Assembly: GCA_036172245.1 (NCBI GenBank)
Contig: JAYWIR010000034.1
Coordinates: 1,984,001 to 2,048,000 of the forward strand
DNA: 64,000 nucleotides
DNA from: Raillietiella orientalis
Lineage: Eukaryota
Reading direction: 5' to 3'
The notes beneath the pieces are model-generated. The model made no database searches. It was not told the DNA's origin and saw only the letters and a list, made by a program, of their open reading frames with translations. Of this stretch, positions 24,435 to 39,200 are shown piece by piece. How positions within the stretch are numbered: position 1 is the stretch's first letter; each line of letters opens with the position of its first letter. Position numbers and translations under genes: made by a program.

Positions 24435-27276
24435 ATGGAAGTAGATTTAGGAGGTAAGAAACTAAATTCATTTGTACGTGATTGTAGCGTCGTGCTCGTT
24501 TTTGATCACATTTGTTCAAAGCGCGTGTATTTATCGTGTTCACAACGGTGAAACCTGCGCAACTACAAAGATTAATTTGTATTTGGAGGGATGAGATACC
24601 GTTACACGAGTAAAGGGCATCTGGTAGAAGACCATGCCGCAGAGAAAGATCCAACAGAGCTATTTGATATTTGGTTTAAAGAAGCTTGTGAATGTCATAC
24701 CATAAAGGAGCCAAATGCTGTCAATTTGGCTACTGCAACAAGGTATGCAATTGAATTTATTCGGTTTATTTGTCCTAAAAAAAAGTAATTGCCTTTGAAG
24801 AGATGGAAAACCATCAAATCGTATGGTTTTACTTAAAGGGTTTGGTAAAGAAGGTTTCAAGTTTTTTACCAACTATAGAAGCAGGAAAGGTAGAGAACTT
24901 GTAAGGAATGTTTATCGTATTTATCGTACTTTGAATTTTTATTTATACAATCATGACTTTTTGAAGTCAACATACAACTCGTCTTGTCTGTGCAACATGA
25001 CAACTATGTTGTACATTTTTGTCAGTTAGTTTACTCCAACTTTTAAACATGGTACCAGTACTGAGCCTTTCTGTTTTAGGAGGAAAATCCAAATGCAGCC
25101 ATGACCTTTTATTGGGAACCACTGCTTAAATCGGTTTGTTTTCTAATTTTCAGTTCTAACTTTAGATAAAAGTTTGTGTATTACGGTGGTGTACGATTGA
25201 TAGTGTCATCATTATTTCCAGTTGTATGCTGAATTCATTAATGTATGATGAAAACTAGTTTCATCATTGTTGCATGGCTTGTTGATTGAAATTCAGTTAC
25301 ATTCACAGAATAAAATGCAGACTTGAGCAGATAACTGATAATGTTCTGACTGCATTTTAATTTACTAGGAGTGAGCAGAACAATGATACACGTGAATATG
25401 ATGATTTTTAGGTCAGAATCGAGGGTGTAGTAGTGAAGCTGTCAGATAAAGAATCCACAGAATACTTTCAGAGTAGACCCTTTGGAAGTCAAGTTGCAGC
25501 AGCAGTAAGTCTGCAGAGTCAAGTCCTTCCATCGTATGGAGAATTCTTAAATAAATATGAATCTTTATTCCATGAAATGGTGGAAAAATCGGTGGTCCCC
25601 CGACCCTCTCACTGGTATGACCATGTTGGTGCAATTAAGAAAAAGCATTCATTTGGGTTATTTGAACTCGGCAACCCACAGGCAAAAGAATAATGCATGC
25701 AAAATGGTAAAATAGTATGCAAAATAAATGACACAAATTCATTTGTGTCATCTATTTTGCTTAGTCAAATAGATTGAATTCACAAGATGCATTAATTTGA
25801 TTTTTCTAAAGGAAATCGTTGTTTTGTAGAAATTATAAAAACAATGGTGAATACCTGCGAATTTAAATAAGCATAATTTAGTAATATCTAGACATGCTTT
25901 TGCATGTTTCAGTTACAAGGAATGCATTTGAAGTCACAGTAAGAAAATTCTGAATGTTACAATTGACAGAACAAAGATTTAGCAAATTAGGGTTGAATTT
26001 TTTGAATTTTGCTGTATACTTTTGCAGTTTATTATGTTTTGTTAACGTGAATTTCACTCTTGCAAGTATTTTACAAGTTGCCACATGTTTTGGTTGCAAC
26101 TTCATCTGCTTTTTTGATGCTTGTTTAGTATTGGTCCAAATAATTAATTTCAAGACAAACTTAGCACTTTGAATTGTATAACAGGATTATCTTATTACAC
26201 TTGCAACATATTCTTACAGGTGTACAAGAATCCAGTTTTCAAATTTCATGTTTCAATTTGAAAAATTCTTGAAATGCTCTGATCTATCAGCAACACTGCA
26301 GAAATGATTTTTGCCATTGTGTAAATAATAATAATGAAAAAAACGAGCTGTAATAGGATGCACACAACTCTGCAAAGCTTTAGTAACTCAGTTATAGATT
26401 CACTATGGATTTTTGCTTATCAAAAGGGCATTTGAATACTGTTTGTTCCATTCATTTAAATGAGCAAGGTTGTAGATCGCAGTTTGTAACGTTATAATAT
26501 AGAATCTCTTTTTTTACTAAACTAAGTGTTCCATATGTATTCACAATACATTAAATCTCAATAAGTGCAAGTGCTTTCACTTAAAAATTAAGTTCAATGA
26601 AAGTTTCTGAGCTATGAACCAAACAATTGTTTTGTGTTTAAAAAAAAATTGCTAAATTCAGTGATCTAAAATCACCAGATTGAGTGTATGAAAAAGACTT
26701 TTGTTTGCAAAAATAAACTAAAAAACATACAAGTAATCAATGCACACCATTAATGTTGGATAACTGTTTTTCTGTTGGAGTTTTGATGAATTTAATGTCG
26801 TTATATGCTAGTGCGATAACAGTTTGGAATGTTATAATAAATTGTGATGCTGCAAATAACCTTAATATTGAATTATGCTTCCAGAAAGAAAAAACTCTTT
26901 TCACTTGTAGTTGTGAATAGTGCTGTACATTTTCAACAAATGCAAAAGTAAAACGCAGAATAGATGCTATCTTTGAAATTAAATTTAAAATGTTTTTAAA
27001 TCAAAGATTGTTTAATTTACTGTTCTTAACTTGATGTAAGTGTGCTTGACAGTAAAGTTTGTGCAAGATTTTAATTGTAATGTTTAGTAGTTGTAACTAT
27101 TTTACAGGGGAGGATTCCGAATTATTCCACACACTATCGAGTTTTGGCAAGGGCAAGATACAAGATTACATGATCGAATCAGATTTAGAAGACAAAAAGT
27201 AACTGCACTCAGTGATTCAAGTGATGAGCATATGAGTGGAAGCAATGAATGGACTGTTGAAAGACTGTATCCATAG
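24435..27276 (+). CDS. PNPO: Pyridoxine/pyridoxamine 5'-phosphate oxidase, 6 coding exons
   Basis: Exons 24435-24453, 24589-24742, 24801-24900, 25080-25133, 25412-25614 and 27108-27276 splice in frame. Motifs are [62 protein letters not shown] and ERLYP*. Confidence 0.95.
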
Positions 27277-27334
27277 GAATTTTATGTTTGTAGATGCTTG
27301 CCTGTACGACCAATAACATTGTTCAAATGTTGTA

Positions 27335-28772
27335 CTAGCTATCATTAAATTTTACTTCCAAAATTTTCCTGATTACTCCTGGAAAATGAGTGCATGAGTT
27401 AAGTTCATGGGCAATGATTGTGCACTTACCATTGCCATTAGTGTGAAACACTGTTGCTGTACTAAATCCAGCTTTAATGAGCTCAGTCTCAAAAATATTC
27501 AGATTTCCATCAAGTCCAAAATAATGAATCTTTGAAGCAATATAGCTGAACAAACATTAAAGCAAATTTGGTATAAAAATTTTGAAGTATACATTACTCC
27601 ATCATGCTTAAGACATTCTTTAAAGATGGTACACAGTTTTTTGTGATTTGCTTTTGAATAAATGGTTTCACATGTCATTATAATATCATAAATCCTAATT
27701 GCTTTGTGTAGGGATGTCACAACATCAGGTAATCCTTCCCAGTCACCACAATAGAAGGTTGTTTTCTGAATAGCAGAAGCATCATTCAGCAGGATGTTTG
27801 GTAAGGTTGCCATGCCCAGCACTTCACAGTTCTTGAGAAAAATGGTCTCTGATGCAATGCTCCAAAACTCACATATTCTTGAAGATCCACAAGAGCACCT
27901 GATTTCATGGCAAATATGGATGGAAGGGCAAATCCACAACCTAATTCAAGTACTTTTTTGTCTTGAAAGAAGTTTGGATTTTTGTTGGTGACTGTATCCA
28001 AGTACTGCAGTAAATCCCATGTGCATTCCCAAACTTTGAAACCACCTCAAAGAGAAACAGGGACTTAAAGTCATTTTTATTTTACTTTGTAACTCGGATC
28101 AAATGTGCATTGAAGCAATAATATACACAGCACTTAAGGTCAAAATATCGAAATGGAATGCTTATATAAATTGTATTTCAGATCTACGTCATTTTTCCAT
28201 TTATAACACCAAAAACTAACCAGTGTATTGCCACATTAGCTTTCATTATTCACCACCAAATGTATAATCAGCCGGTTTCAACATAAGATAAAACCTCTCA
28301 ATGTGTGTTTTGTGAATCGATCATCGCATATGTTTTCTTTTAATGCTTTAAAACTTTTGCCTTTATGGTGATAATCTTGCTTGTAATGAATGAAAGGGAA
28401 TTCACATGCTGTAGAAATACATCGTATGAATTGCAATTTTTCGGAATAGATGTTAACTTCCATGAAAAATTCATAAATCCACATACCTTCATAAACAAAC
28501 GGGACACGGTCACTGTTTGCACAAACATCCATGTGCGAAATATTAAGGTCATTAGAAGTATTAACATTTATTTTCTTCAAATGTACATCAATAACTGAAG
28601 ACGGGTAATAATATATAAGAAATTTTTTGCATGTAACTGTCACGGCTTTTGAAGAATCATACTGTTCTCCATTCTGAATGAAATTTACAAGGGGTATCCA
28701 TACTTCAGCTTTTCTTGGTTTGCAAAGTGATTGACCTGCACCTGCTCCCGCCCAGTCAGTTTGGTACTGCAT
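27335..28772 (-). CDS. METTL18: Histidine protein methyltransferase 1 homolog (METTL18/Hpm1), multi-exon; start codon uncertain
   Basis: Motifs VYEG|GFKVWECTWDL, VLELGCGFALPSI, LQEY|N..VL..ATLPN, FYCGDW, YDIIMTCETIY and ASKIHYFG, joined across GT-AG introns. I could not join an upstream donor near 29200 in frame. Confidence 0.85.
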
Positions 28773-30769
28773 ATTTCATGAATATGCCCTGGGTTCACTC
28801 TTCAATGCTCACTTGAGAAAACAAATAAAACATCATCATGAATGCCATGCATATGGCCACGATGGCATCATTGCGCTTTCGGCCCATCAAATATTTTGAA
28901 ATTATTCAGGAATCGAAACTGAACTCACGATGTAATTCTACAGCACAACTACGAAGTTTCACCAAAGCGAATTATAACACTAATACACCATAATGTGCAC
29001 ACACGCTTAGTACACAAGGCTGACTAGTGCACAAACTTCAAAAGCACAAAGGAACTTGATTCAAACTGGCCAATTTCCTGAATGTAAGACAGAAAGTACA
29101 TTGAATGTTTAAAGGAAATAACAACACAGAACCTAACGAAAGGTTCCACACAAAAACACTAAGCTACTTTACGATATTGGCAACCTTCTAGGAGAGCTTA
29201 CCTGCAGTTTCCCTCTATTTCTTGCAGTTCCATCGTTTCGGTCTTCAGGCAAAGTTGATGAAGGTATGGACAGCGGGACTCAATACACCATCACTGCTTA
29301 ATGCTTTTGCTGGTGTACGAGGTCAACTGGTAGAAGTCGTTTCCTACATCTGTCAGTAGGCGTCGAAGGCTTCATTTGTAAAGGTGTCGCACGAATAGTA
29401 CTTAATTAAGAATTTAAAGATTTCCACAAATTTCCAAAGACATGTGCAAACTTTTCTCGTTTCTTTCGACAAGGTTCGAAGATCAATCCTTTTCCCTCAT
29501 AAAAAGCGTAACACTCACTCCCGACGAAGGAATAAAAGTATCGGCAAATCTAAGAAAAACAATTTCAAACATTTTCGATAAAGAAATGATTTTGTATTTT
29601 CTAAACACAAGTGCTTACACACTAATAAGAGGGCGCTTGCTTAAGATTAAGAAATGGTAATGGTAAAAGTAAGGTTGCAGTGAATGCACCAGGTCCACTT
29701 CTCTCCCTGTCCCTGTCCAACCCAGGCCCACGGAAATCATGTTGAGTCATCATGAGTATGAATCATCCCACCTCTGTTCATTTATTTATTCTTACCTAGC
29801 TTTCATCTACTGCCTATCTAGTTCCATCACCTCTAGTTTCGTCCCTTTAATGTCGATTAAGCAAATGTCGCATCTTTCTTATTTAAAAATTTTATTTATT
29901 TATCTTTAATGAATACTCGACATGCTTTTGGGAGAACATTGCTCTTAGACTTGCATTTATGTGTACAAAGGGAAAGATAGATAAATACAGTAACAGACAT
30001 GTAGGAGGCTCATTTCCTACTGAGTCCGAACCCACTGGGTCCACGACCCATTGAGAACTTACGTTTATTCAGACAGGGTGGTGAGATAAAGCAGAGATAA
30101 TCACAAATAAAAATAAAAGATGCTTTGGTATGGGAAAGGAAAGTCATCATCTCCAGATCGCCTCCTTACTGGTTTGAGGAAAAGACAAACCAAAGATCAA
30201 GTTGAAACGTTTGTGGCGTAAGAAGAAAGGATGTGGCACGAGAATGAAGCACACTGAGCATTCAGATGAGGGCAGATGAGGAAGACTCATCTAAGACAAA
30301 AAAACCTCCCCTTGGTGACAAAAGATGGATAGCCGCATGCAGATTACAGATGTTTGGAGATGGAAATTTCGAAGGATAACATTGGCACCTGCAGAAAAAA
30401 TAGAAAGGTGAAAGATCCCACCTGAATGAACGAAATTTGCTTTTCGCTTCAATAATCTCAGATTCTTCAAAGTAGATGAATTGGGAACAGTACTATTCTA
30501 GTTCCTAAATGTGGAATGATTAGAGCATTGTTAGCATTGGAAGTCATCATAGGAATCAAAAATTGATAGGAATACTTAATTGGAAAATGTTTTTACATAA
30601 TTCTTTTTAGACTCCCGAATTGCAGGTAGAGTGAAGAATTACGCATAACCCACGGGAACTGAAGATAAACTAAGGACATCATTGATGCAATCTGACTCAT
30701 GATGATTCGATCAAGGAACCTGATCTTACAACAGATATGTTTTAGGAGACCTAAATTAGTCCTAACTGA

Positions 30770-31400
30770 GTTATCAGCTCCAAGTGAAAAATGAAGGTGA
30801 ATATTTCAAGTTATTTGTTCTTGTATCGACAATTGAGTAGAAAATACTCAAAGTTCCCTCTCACTTTAATTAAGTAGTCCTGTTCTCAAGTTGATCTTGA
30901 AGTTTTCGGAATGCTTTCCCATATTTCTCATTCAATGCCGGATTCAGCCATTGTAGTATATGGAAACGTGATACATCATAGTTGTAAAGTTGGTTTTGCC
31001 ATAATGGGAGTTTTCTTTGAGAGGTTATGCATAACTGACAATGTAATAAAGCTAGTTGATGAACTGCACAGGACCCTGAAGTTTGATATCTAGTTCTGTT
31101 AGATGGCCAGTGCTATCTCCACAAAAAATACTGGATCAGAGAGTCAAGCAGTATTTTCAATTTCAGTGATCGGATTACCTTTCCTCTCCATAAACAACTT
31201 AATCCCTTCTTTGAATTTCGAGAAACTCTTAAGATTTCGTCTTTACAGAGCCATCTAACATAGGAATAATACAGAAGATATTGTATCTCCAATTCAGATA
31301 AAATGACGACTGTTTAGACCACGATTTCTAATAAAATTTACACAGGTACTCTTCACAGATCTACTACATTGAGGGTAAGGCACCTGTGCACAAAGATATC
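30770..31400 (-). mobile_element. hAT-superfamily (SPIN/GTF2IRD2-like) transposase remnant
   Basis: The minus strand reads VNFIRNRGLNSRHF, VRWL, IKLFMERKG and TGHLTELDIKLQG, matching motifs of this transposase family. It has stops and frameshifts, and I saw no terminal inverted repeats. Confidence 0.7.
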
Positions 31401-33275
31401 CCTAACTTATACGGTAGCAGAGCTCTGCGAGCAATACTAAACATATCAAATACAAAAGTAACAAAAATTTATTTTAACAGATACAGTGTTGTAATTCACT
31501 GAATTTAACATCACACGAATCTGTTGGTAGATAGCGAACAGCTGCATTCTTCTTAATGTTATTCGTATTCTGCATTGCATAAGCAATTTCGTTTCGCAAT
31601 ATTATAAGCTCAACTGTGATTTCAAAAGGTGATGATGACCTTTGGAATTTGGATGTTCAGCATTAAGTTTGAAAGAAACTATTAGAATAGACATGTAGAT
31701 CTCTGGATATCAAATTCTGAGAGCATCTCGGTCTTTTCCCAATTCTCGATCTTAGCAAATTAAAGAATGTGTTGGTTTTCTGAAGTACTTCATTTTCCAT
31801 TCAGAAGAGCACGAATGCATCTTTTGAGAACAATCAGTTACTGGGTAAAATTGTTCATAGCTACTGGAGAATATATTGCTATTAATTTTATGAAAACTAC
31901 GAATTAAAAAAAAAAAATCATGAAGTTGTCCTAGGTAGATTCATTAAATACAAAATAAGCTTATTTGCTTCTCTATTTTGTCACTGATGTCAAGCAGTTT
32001 TTACTATTCAGCTCTGTCACTATATGAATATTGATGCTGAATTTTGTTCTTTTTAATTGTTCCAAGAGCGTCAAAACAAAATCTGATTAACTATTTTATA
32101 TCACGATCATTCAGTGAATAATTTCGTTGTGTGTAATCCTGAAACGGGATCAGCATGGTTATGACAGATTTTTTTGAATAGGATTCGTGAAAGAGTGCTT
32201 AAGGTGATCAGGCTGGAAACAAACGAACAGGTTTCAAAATTGCCTAGCAGAGGAATAGCAGAGGAACTGAAATAAATGTTTATTTTTGTGCCTGTTTTTT
32301 TCAAATACGGGTCCATGTAAGAATATTCGCCGAGAACTAACGTGAATCCGAATTTCTGCTTTCAGTTTGATTCACTTATTCTGTTAACTGACTATGAAAA
32401 GCAAACGTGAAACGGAAAATAAAAATTAGATAAAGTATAATTTTTCCGATACTTCCCTATCAATTTATGTAACGTGTTGCTATACATTTCGTGTTGAAAT
32501 ATTGTATTATTTCGAGAATTAGCGGTGAAGAGTGAAGCATTCGTAAACCTTTTTTTCTTGTAGCTTATAAGCTGCTTGATAAATAGTGAATAGGTTTCCA
32601 TGTGAATGGTCAAGATGTTTACATAATGTGCAGAATACAAAAGTATTAGTTTCTGTTATTCGGTTGTAGTTTACAATAGATTCTCTTGCTTTGTTTTTAT
32701 CATGGAAGTTTCCGTCATTCACCAGATTTCCACTAAATGCAGTAAATGTGGATGCAGTAATGTTAGTTTAGTCATTTCATTTTGTTTATATGATCAAATA
32801 ATGTAAAATGCAATGTTGTCATACGGATTTTTTATGTGAACGAGAGAATATCTAAATGATGTCTTAATCATGACATGATGGTGCATGGTTTATTTATTTG
32901 AGAAAACCAATACGATTGAGCTTAGTGCTGTGTTTTGTGTTAATACATTTTGTAAGTACAACGAGCCATACAGATGTGATATATATTAAAGGAACCTACT
33001 GAAAGCTTGTCTAATTATGTATATGATTTGCTTAAGATTACACAAATGTAAAGGAAAGGATACAAAGTATTTATTGCTAAAGGACATTGTGTGTGACATC
33101 CACTGTGTGAATTTCATAATTTCATAAAAAATCATGGAAAGTGTAACTGCATGTGTAATTCAAAAGATTTTTATCATTTATTTTAGGCATTTTGGATTTG
33201 ATTATTCAGATTTAAGTATGTAATGTAAATACAGGAATGTAAATATCTGCATATTTCCATCATCATTCTCCCAAA

Positions 33276-36200
33276 ATGTCTGGTGATGGTCCCAATGTGA
33301 ACTTAATACACAAACCAGGAAATACCCATTACATATTTGAAAATGGATCAAATCATTTTGCAAGAACATGGCAGGAAACATCTGCTGACTCACCATTAAA
33401 AATCTTTGTTCAAGCCAAGCAGCGTATCAATGATATTTATGGTGAAATAAACCAATACATATCGGAAACTGTTACTTCACTAAAAGGTTAAATATTAAAT
33501 TTAGGTTGCAGGATGTCTAATGTTAAATTTGCTTTAAAATCTATTACTTCTTTACAAACAGTTACTTTTGTTTTGTTCATATTTAGATTGGATTTTTTTA
33601 AAGGGTTGTGAAATTACAGCATCAGATTCAAATCTGTGCTTTTAAAACGTTGTTTTTGAGCTTTTTAAATATGTTTGCAAAAATAATTCCTCCCTCATCC
33701 AAGATTTTTTGCATTCATTGAAAACAGTCTTTTGCTCATCAGAAATTTAAATTGACAGTTCTAATTCCATAAAACAAAATGCTATTTAAGATATAAAACC
33801 CTTTTACATTTATTTACATCATAGTTAAGGGTTAAATTTCCAATAGAATTTATGCATTCTAATGTAATTGCTGATGCTTATTCTGTTAATCATTTCCACA
33901 ATGCAGCTTTTTGTTTGTCAGTATTTATTTTTACATAAAAAGCTGAAATTTTTTTTTTTTTTAATGTTATACCAACATTTGTTAATTACATTTCCTTTGG
34001 AAATGCTGTAGATAGAACAGATCAGAACAATTGTTATTAGATTATACCATCTGATAGCAAAGTAATTGAATTTTAAATGCTGATGATATGATGCTCATTC
34101 TCCTAAATTCGAGTATGCATTTTTTTTTTTTCTCCCAGCTTCACTTCATTTGAATTTTATTGGTATTAAAAATGAATGAGTGGTTTTTGTGTGGCATTCC
34201 CTATTGTATAAGCTTTTTGCTACTAATGTATCATAATGTTCCCAGAGAGCAGTCCTGGAGAAATTTTCACCATAAGCAGTCTTTTGTATTATATGACAAA
34301 GTTGGTGTTCTGTGGTAGACTTTAGAAAATTGGCAGCATTTTTTCATATTACAAACAACTTTTAAGTACAACCTGATTCGTGAATTTTTTTTTTTTTTTT
34401 TGCAATGATTTTTCTTCAAGGAACCATCTTAAAGCTTTAGGTGTTTGTTTTGAGCATAGGTATAAATAACAGCACTAAACTTGATGATATGGCTAATAGT
34501 AAGCAATCCACCACTTTGTGAAATATTTTGTATCAGTAGTTTAAAAAAAAAGATACAAGCCAATACAGGTATGATGACATATTTTGTTTTAATGTGAATG
34601 TTCAAATGGATAGAGGCTTGAAAAGTTGGCAAATGTTTACCTTAGTTTTATTGGTTTCCTTTCAATTATAGATGTCTTTTTACCTAGAATTTTTTAAAGC
34701 CTTCTCTGAATGCAACTCCACATGCACAAAGAATACAAAATTTTCTATCAATTTGTAATCCTCTCTTTTAATTATGTAAAACTTAAACTTTGTTTTATTT
34801 TATAATGATGGTCTGTCAGTTACAAAACAAATTCATACAATTTTCAATTGTTACTTATGTTTGCAAATTGATTACTTTAATTACAAACTTCATACTTATT
34901 TCTTTTCAAGGACTTCCAGTTGAGAAAGAAATTGTAACAAATGAGCAAATTCTCTCTACACTTAGTTATCTAAGCAAAGTAAAAGGAATACAAGATGTGA
35001 TTTCAAGGAACCACATGAAGGTTGCTTTCTTTGGAAGGTAAGGTTCTTAGATAATGTAACATTAATCAAATTGGAGTTGAAGAACAAGCAATGGAAAGAG
35101 CACAGTCATTAATGCTATGCTCCATGACAAAATACTTCCAAGTGGCATTGGTCACACAACTAATTGTTTTCTACAAGTGGAAGGAAATGATTCTAAGGAA
35201 GCTTTTCTCATCACAGAAGATTCAAAAGAAAAAAAGAATGTTCAGGTTAGTCATGCGTTTGTGTGCTTATTGTTCTTAATGATATGTTTTGAAAATTCTG
35301 CTGCCTTAATAAATTCTGCATTTTATTTTCTTTGTGTATCAATTCAGTTTGTTATTTTAAAGATTCTGAAAAATATACATTGTTGGAAGGATTATGGAAA
35401 GTGCGATAAAAAAGGAAAAGGACTGAGAAACTCAACACAAGAGGAAAAATTAAAACTATGTTCGATGGAATGATTGTTCATGTTGTCTCTTGTTGCTACA
35501 TGTTGAAAAATACTTTTATGTTGTTTATGTATTGCATTAAATGACATGTAACTTGAGCAATTAAAGTTAATAGTAATCAAATTGAACATCGAATAATATT
35601 TCGATTCCTCATGAAGATATCACAAAATTATTTCTGTTGAAAATGACTAGCAAAAATGTAAATTAATGTAAAATGTTGAATAACTGTAAATGTGTGAAAT
35701 GTTGAAACCAAAAGATATGTTCCTAACAAGTAATGGACCAATATATCATTAGCAGTTGATTGACTAAGGTTGAAAAATGCATAAATATGGAATTTTCAAG
35801 ATTCATTTTCATTTTTTAATCGAACATAATAGTTTTAAACATCATAAGGTAAACAAAAGTAGCCATCTTAGGCACTTTATGTGTAGACATTTATTTTAAA
35901 ATCATTTGTGCAAACATGATTTTTTACAAAGTTCTTTTTGTACACTAAAAGGGGCTATGGATAGTTGATGTGGAATAACAGTTCCATTACTGATGGTTCT
36001 TCGTTTTTGTAATTGTAAAAGAAAATTGCGAATAATGAATGCACCAATATTTGTAATACCTTCCTAATTATTTAGATTGGTATTTATGGTCCTAGAATTC
36101 ACAAATAAATGTGGTAAATAAACAAATTGTCAACAGCAACGCTTTTTCAGTTAGTCAAGTTGCAGATTTTAAGGTTGTAGTAATTTGGTATGTGAGGTTC

Positions 36201-39200
36201 TCCTAAATACCTTATGTGAAAATGTTCTTAAATTTTGTAACATGTAATGTGAAGGTTGCTTTGCATTTAGCAAATTTTTTCTTCAGTGATAGGAGCTAAT
36301 GTGCTTTTTAAACATGATGTCCAACTTTCTCAGTCTGTCCGCAATTAAGTTTTTTTGCTTAAGTCATTGCCCTAGGATTGAAGAATAACAGCATCGTGGA
36401 AATTGATTCAGAATACTTATTATTATTAAGATAATTTAACTGTATGATAAACTTTAATAAAGGAATCTACATTCATCAATAACTAAGTTGAATTTTCAAA
36501 TATCACCATATTTCGAATAGTATCCCATTTTCATATGCATTTGATCTGGTTGATAGAGATTTTGGTTTTCTGCATGAAAAAGGTTATTTTTAATTATTAA
36601 AAATTAAGACTCTTATAAGATTTCTTTATTTTCTGTTTAATTGTTTATGTCACAAATCGTGAATTTATTAATTCATATCGAAGAACAAAGATCCTATGTG
36701 AAATGATTTTTAAAAAAATGAGATCTGTGGGTATTAGCACATTGGAGTTGTGAGAATGCTGTGTTTCTTACGTAAGATGAGCATATTGTTTAAAAAACAG
36801 CATTGGCTACTTAAGGTATCTTTAATGACATGCAGTGCAAGAAGCTGAGAATAATTTCTCACAAGACTCATTGGTGATAGACTATGAAAATTTCTTTCGT
36901 ATTTCGGTTAATCAGTGGAACTCAATTTTAATTTAATTTAATTTCAATTTTAATTTTACTTTTACAGACGTTGAAAATTCACAAAAAGAAATGTTCAAAA
37001 TAAAAGAAAAACTTTAGCAAGAAACCTAAATCTATTAAATTTGTCATTGCAGTCAGTGTCTCATTTAGCCCATGCACTATGTGATCAGAATCTTGGAGAA
37101 AGCTCTTTAGTTTTTATTTACTGGCCCAAACATAAATGTTCGTTACTCCGAGATGATGTAGTGTTTGTTGATAGTCCTGGAATTGATGTATCCCCTGACA
37201 CAGATAGTTGGATTGACAAATATTGTCTAGATGCTGATGTTTTCGTACTTGTAGCAAATGCAGAATCTACTCTTATGGTCACAGTGAGTATTTATTTTTG
37301 TTTTTCTAATTATTTTTAATGTTCAATTATTTTAGGAGAAAAAGTTTTTTCATAAAGTTTCTGAACGATTTTCGAAGCCAAACATTTTTATTTTGAATAA
37401 TCGCTGGGATGCCTCTGTGTCAGAACCTGAATTTCTCGATGAGGTAATCTTTGAATGTTAACTGATGTTTAAAAGAAGTTTAAAGAAAAACCTCTTTTAA
37501 ATATTTTTAGTTTAGACCTTTCAGTGAATTTCTTCCAATAAAAGTGGTCTTTGCTTTTAAATTATTTATTTGTAGCTTGCATTTTCCGTGATAAATTCAA
37601 GCATACTTTAGTTTATTCAATGAATCTATTGCCTCGCTCAAAAATCTGTTACTTAACTTAACGTTGTGCATTATTTATTCTGTTTTTCGGTAGAATCTCA
37701 CTTCTGTTTATTCAAAGACAGAAATGTAGTTCACTTCGTGTGTTTTGGATTTTTGACGATTTTCTTGCTAGGGTGCGGGATATATCAAGTGGTGGTCTGA
37801 TAAAAGCAGGAATTTGTGATTCCAAGGAGTCAAAATTTTCTCCTTTTTAATATTTGTATTGTTATTGCTATCAAAAGCATCAAGAGTAGCACTCAAAATA
37901 CAATGAAATCTTATATGGTATGTACAGTTGTTTACAAAACGAATCAGATGTCCAAAGAATGTTCTAAGTAACTGATGGGAAAATCAACAAGTAGTATAGT
38001 TTTTTTTTTATTCTGGAAGAAAAAAACATTTAGATGAAAATTGAAATTGGTATTTCTTTGAAATTAATGCAGCTACTTTTAATAATCTGTCATTGAAGGT
38101 GAAGTGCTTTCTCAGGGTTTTTCTCATTCTGTGATCTCTCTGATTTGTCTTTCTGTCAGTTGAATTGGGTTTTGTTTTGAAAAACTTTTAAATTGTTTTG
38201 TGGAAGGTACTATGAAAGATTTTTTGGGATGAATGTATTCATGGAGAAATGCAGATTTTAAAACAATGAGTGTTGCAGAAGTCATGAAACAACCAAATAT
38301 TAGTATATTTAATTTCATGGAGGCTAACACACCAAAATATGTAAAAGGTGAATTTTCACAATAATTGAAGCAAATAATTGTAATAAAGGTTTTCGTATTT
38401 CCTGAATCAGTTTTTATCGTAAAAAAAAAGATAAAATTCTTCTGAAGGAAAATTCAAGAAAGCAGATAAGTTTACTTTCACAGAATTTCTTCTGGATCAC
38501 GTTTTATTTTATTTTTATCATTTCCAAACCAATCCGAACTCAAAAATAGGTTTAAATTGTCTATAATTATAGTAGTTGGCCTTTTCAAATATCCAAGAAA
38601 ATAGAAGCCATAATGAAAACTGGCATGCAGATATTGGGGCTTCTTTATAATTACTTTGAATTCTTTATTTCAACATGGCTGTGTATTTTTAATTTGCTTT
38701 GTTTGCAAAACCTTTGGAAAAATTCATGTTTCTGTAATTTGAACCAATTTTCTAGTTGATGCTTCCAAGAATTACTCAGGAGTCTGATTGTAGAAAAATT
38801 ACGGAAACATTTCTGGGATGAATTGATCATATGAAATGCAAGCATAATTCAGTGTTATCTGAATAATCGTAAACAGAACATTCTATTTCCCCTTCCAAAG
38901 TAGTTGTGAATTCTGGGAATCTTTATTCTGTGCAACCAAATTGATGACTATTTGAGTTTTACTCAGTAAACACACAGTAAGATACAGATGATGGAAAATG
39001 AAATCCAAAGAAAAATGTAGAAAAATGAATTATTTCACCAAAGGGCACCAAACAAAATTCAAAATAGCAAAAGAAAAAAAAATCTGATTTCTCAGTCTAA
39101 GCATGCAATACGCTTATTCAAAGTTTCAGTTTATTTTGCATTTATTCTGGTACTTTGTGAAATTTTCCATCATTTGTTTAAAACTTTTGGAATTATACAT

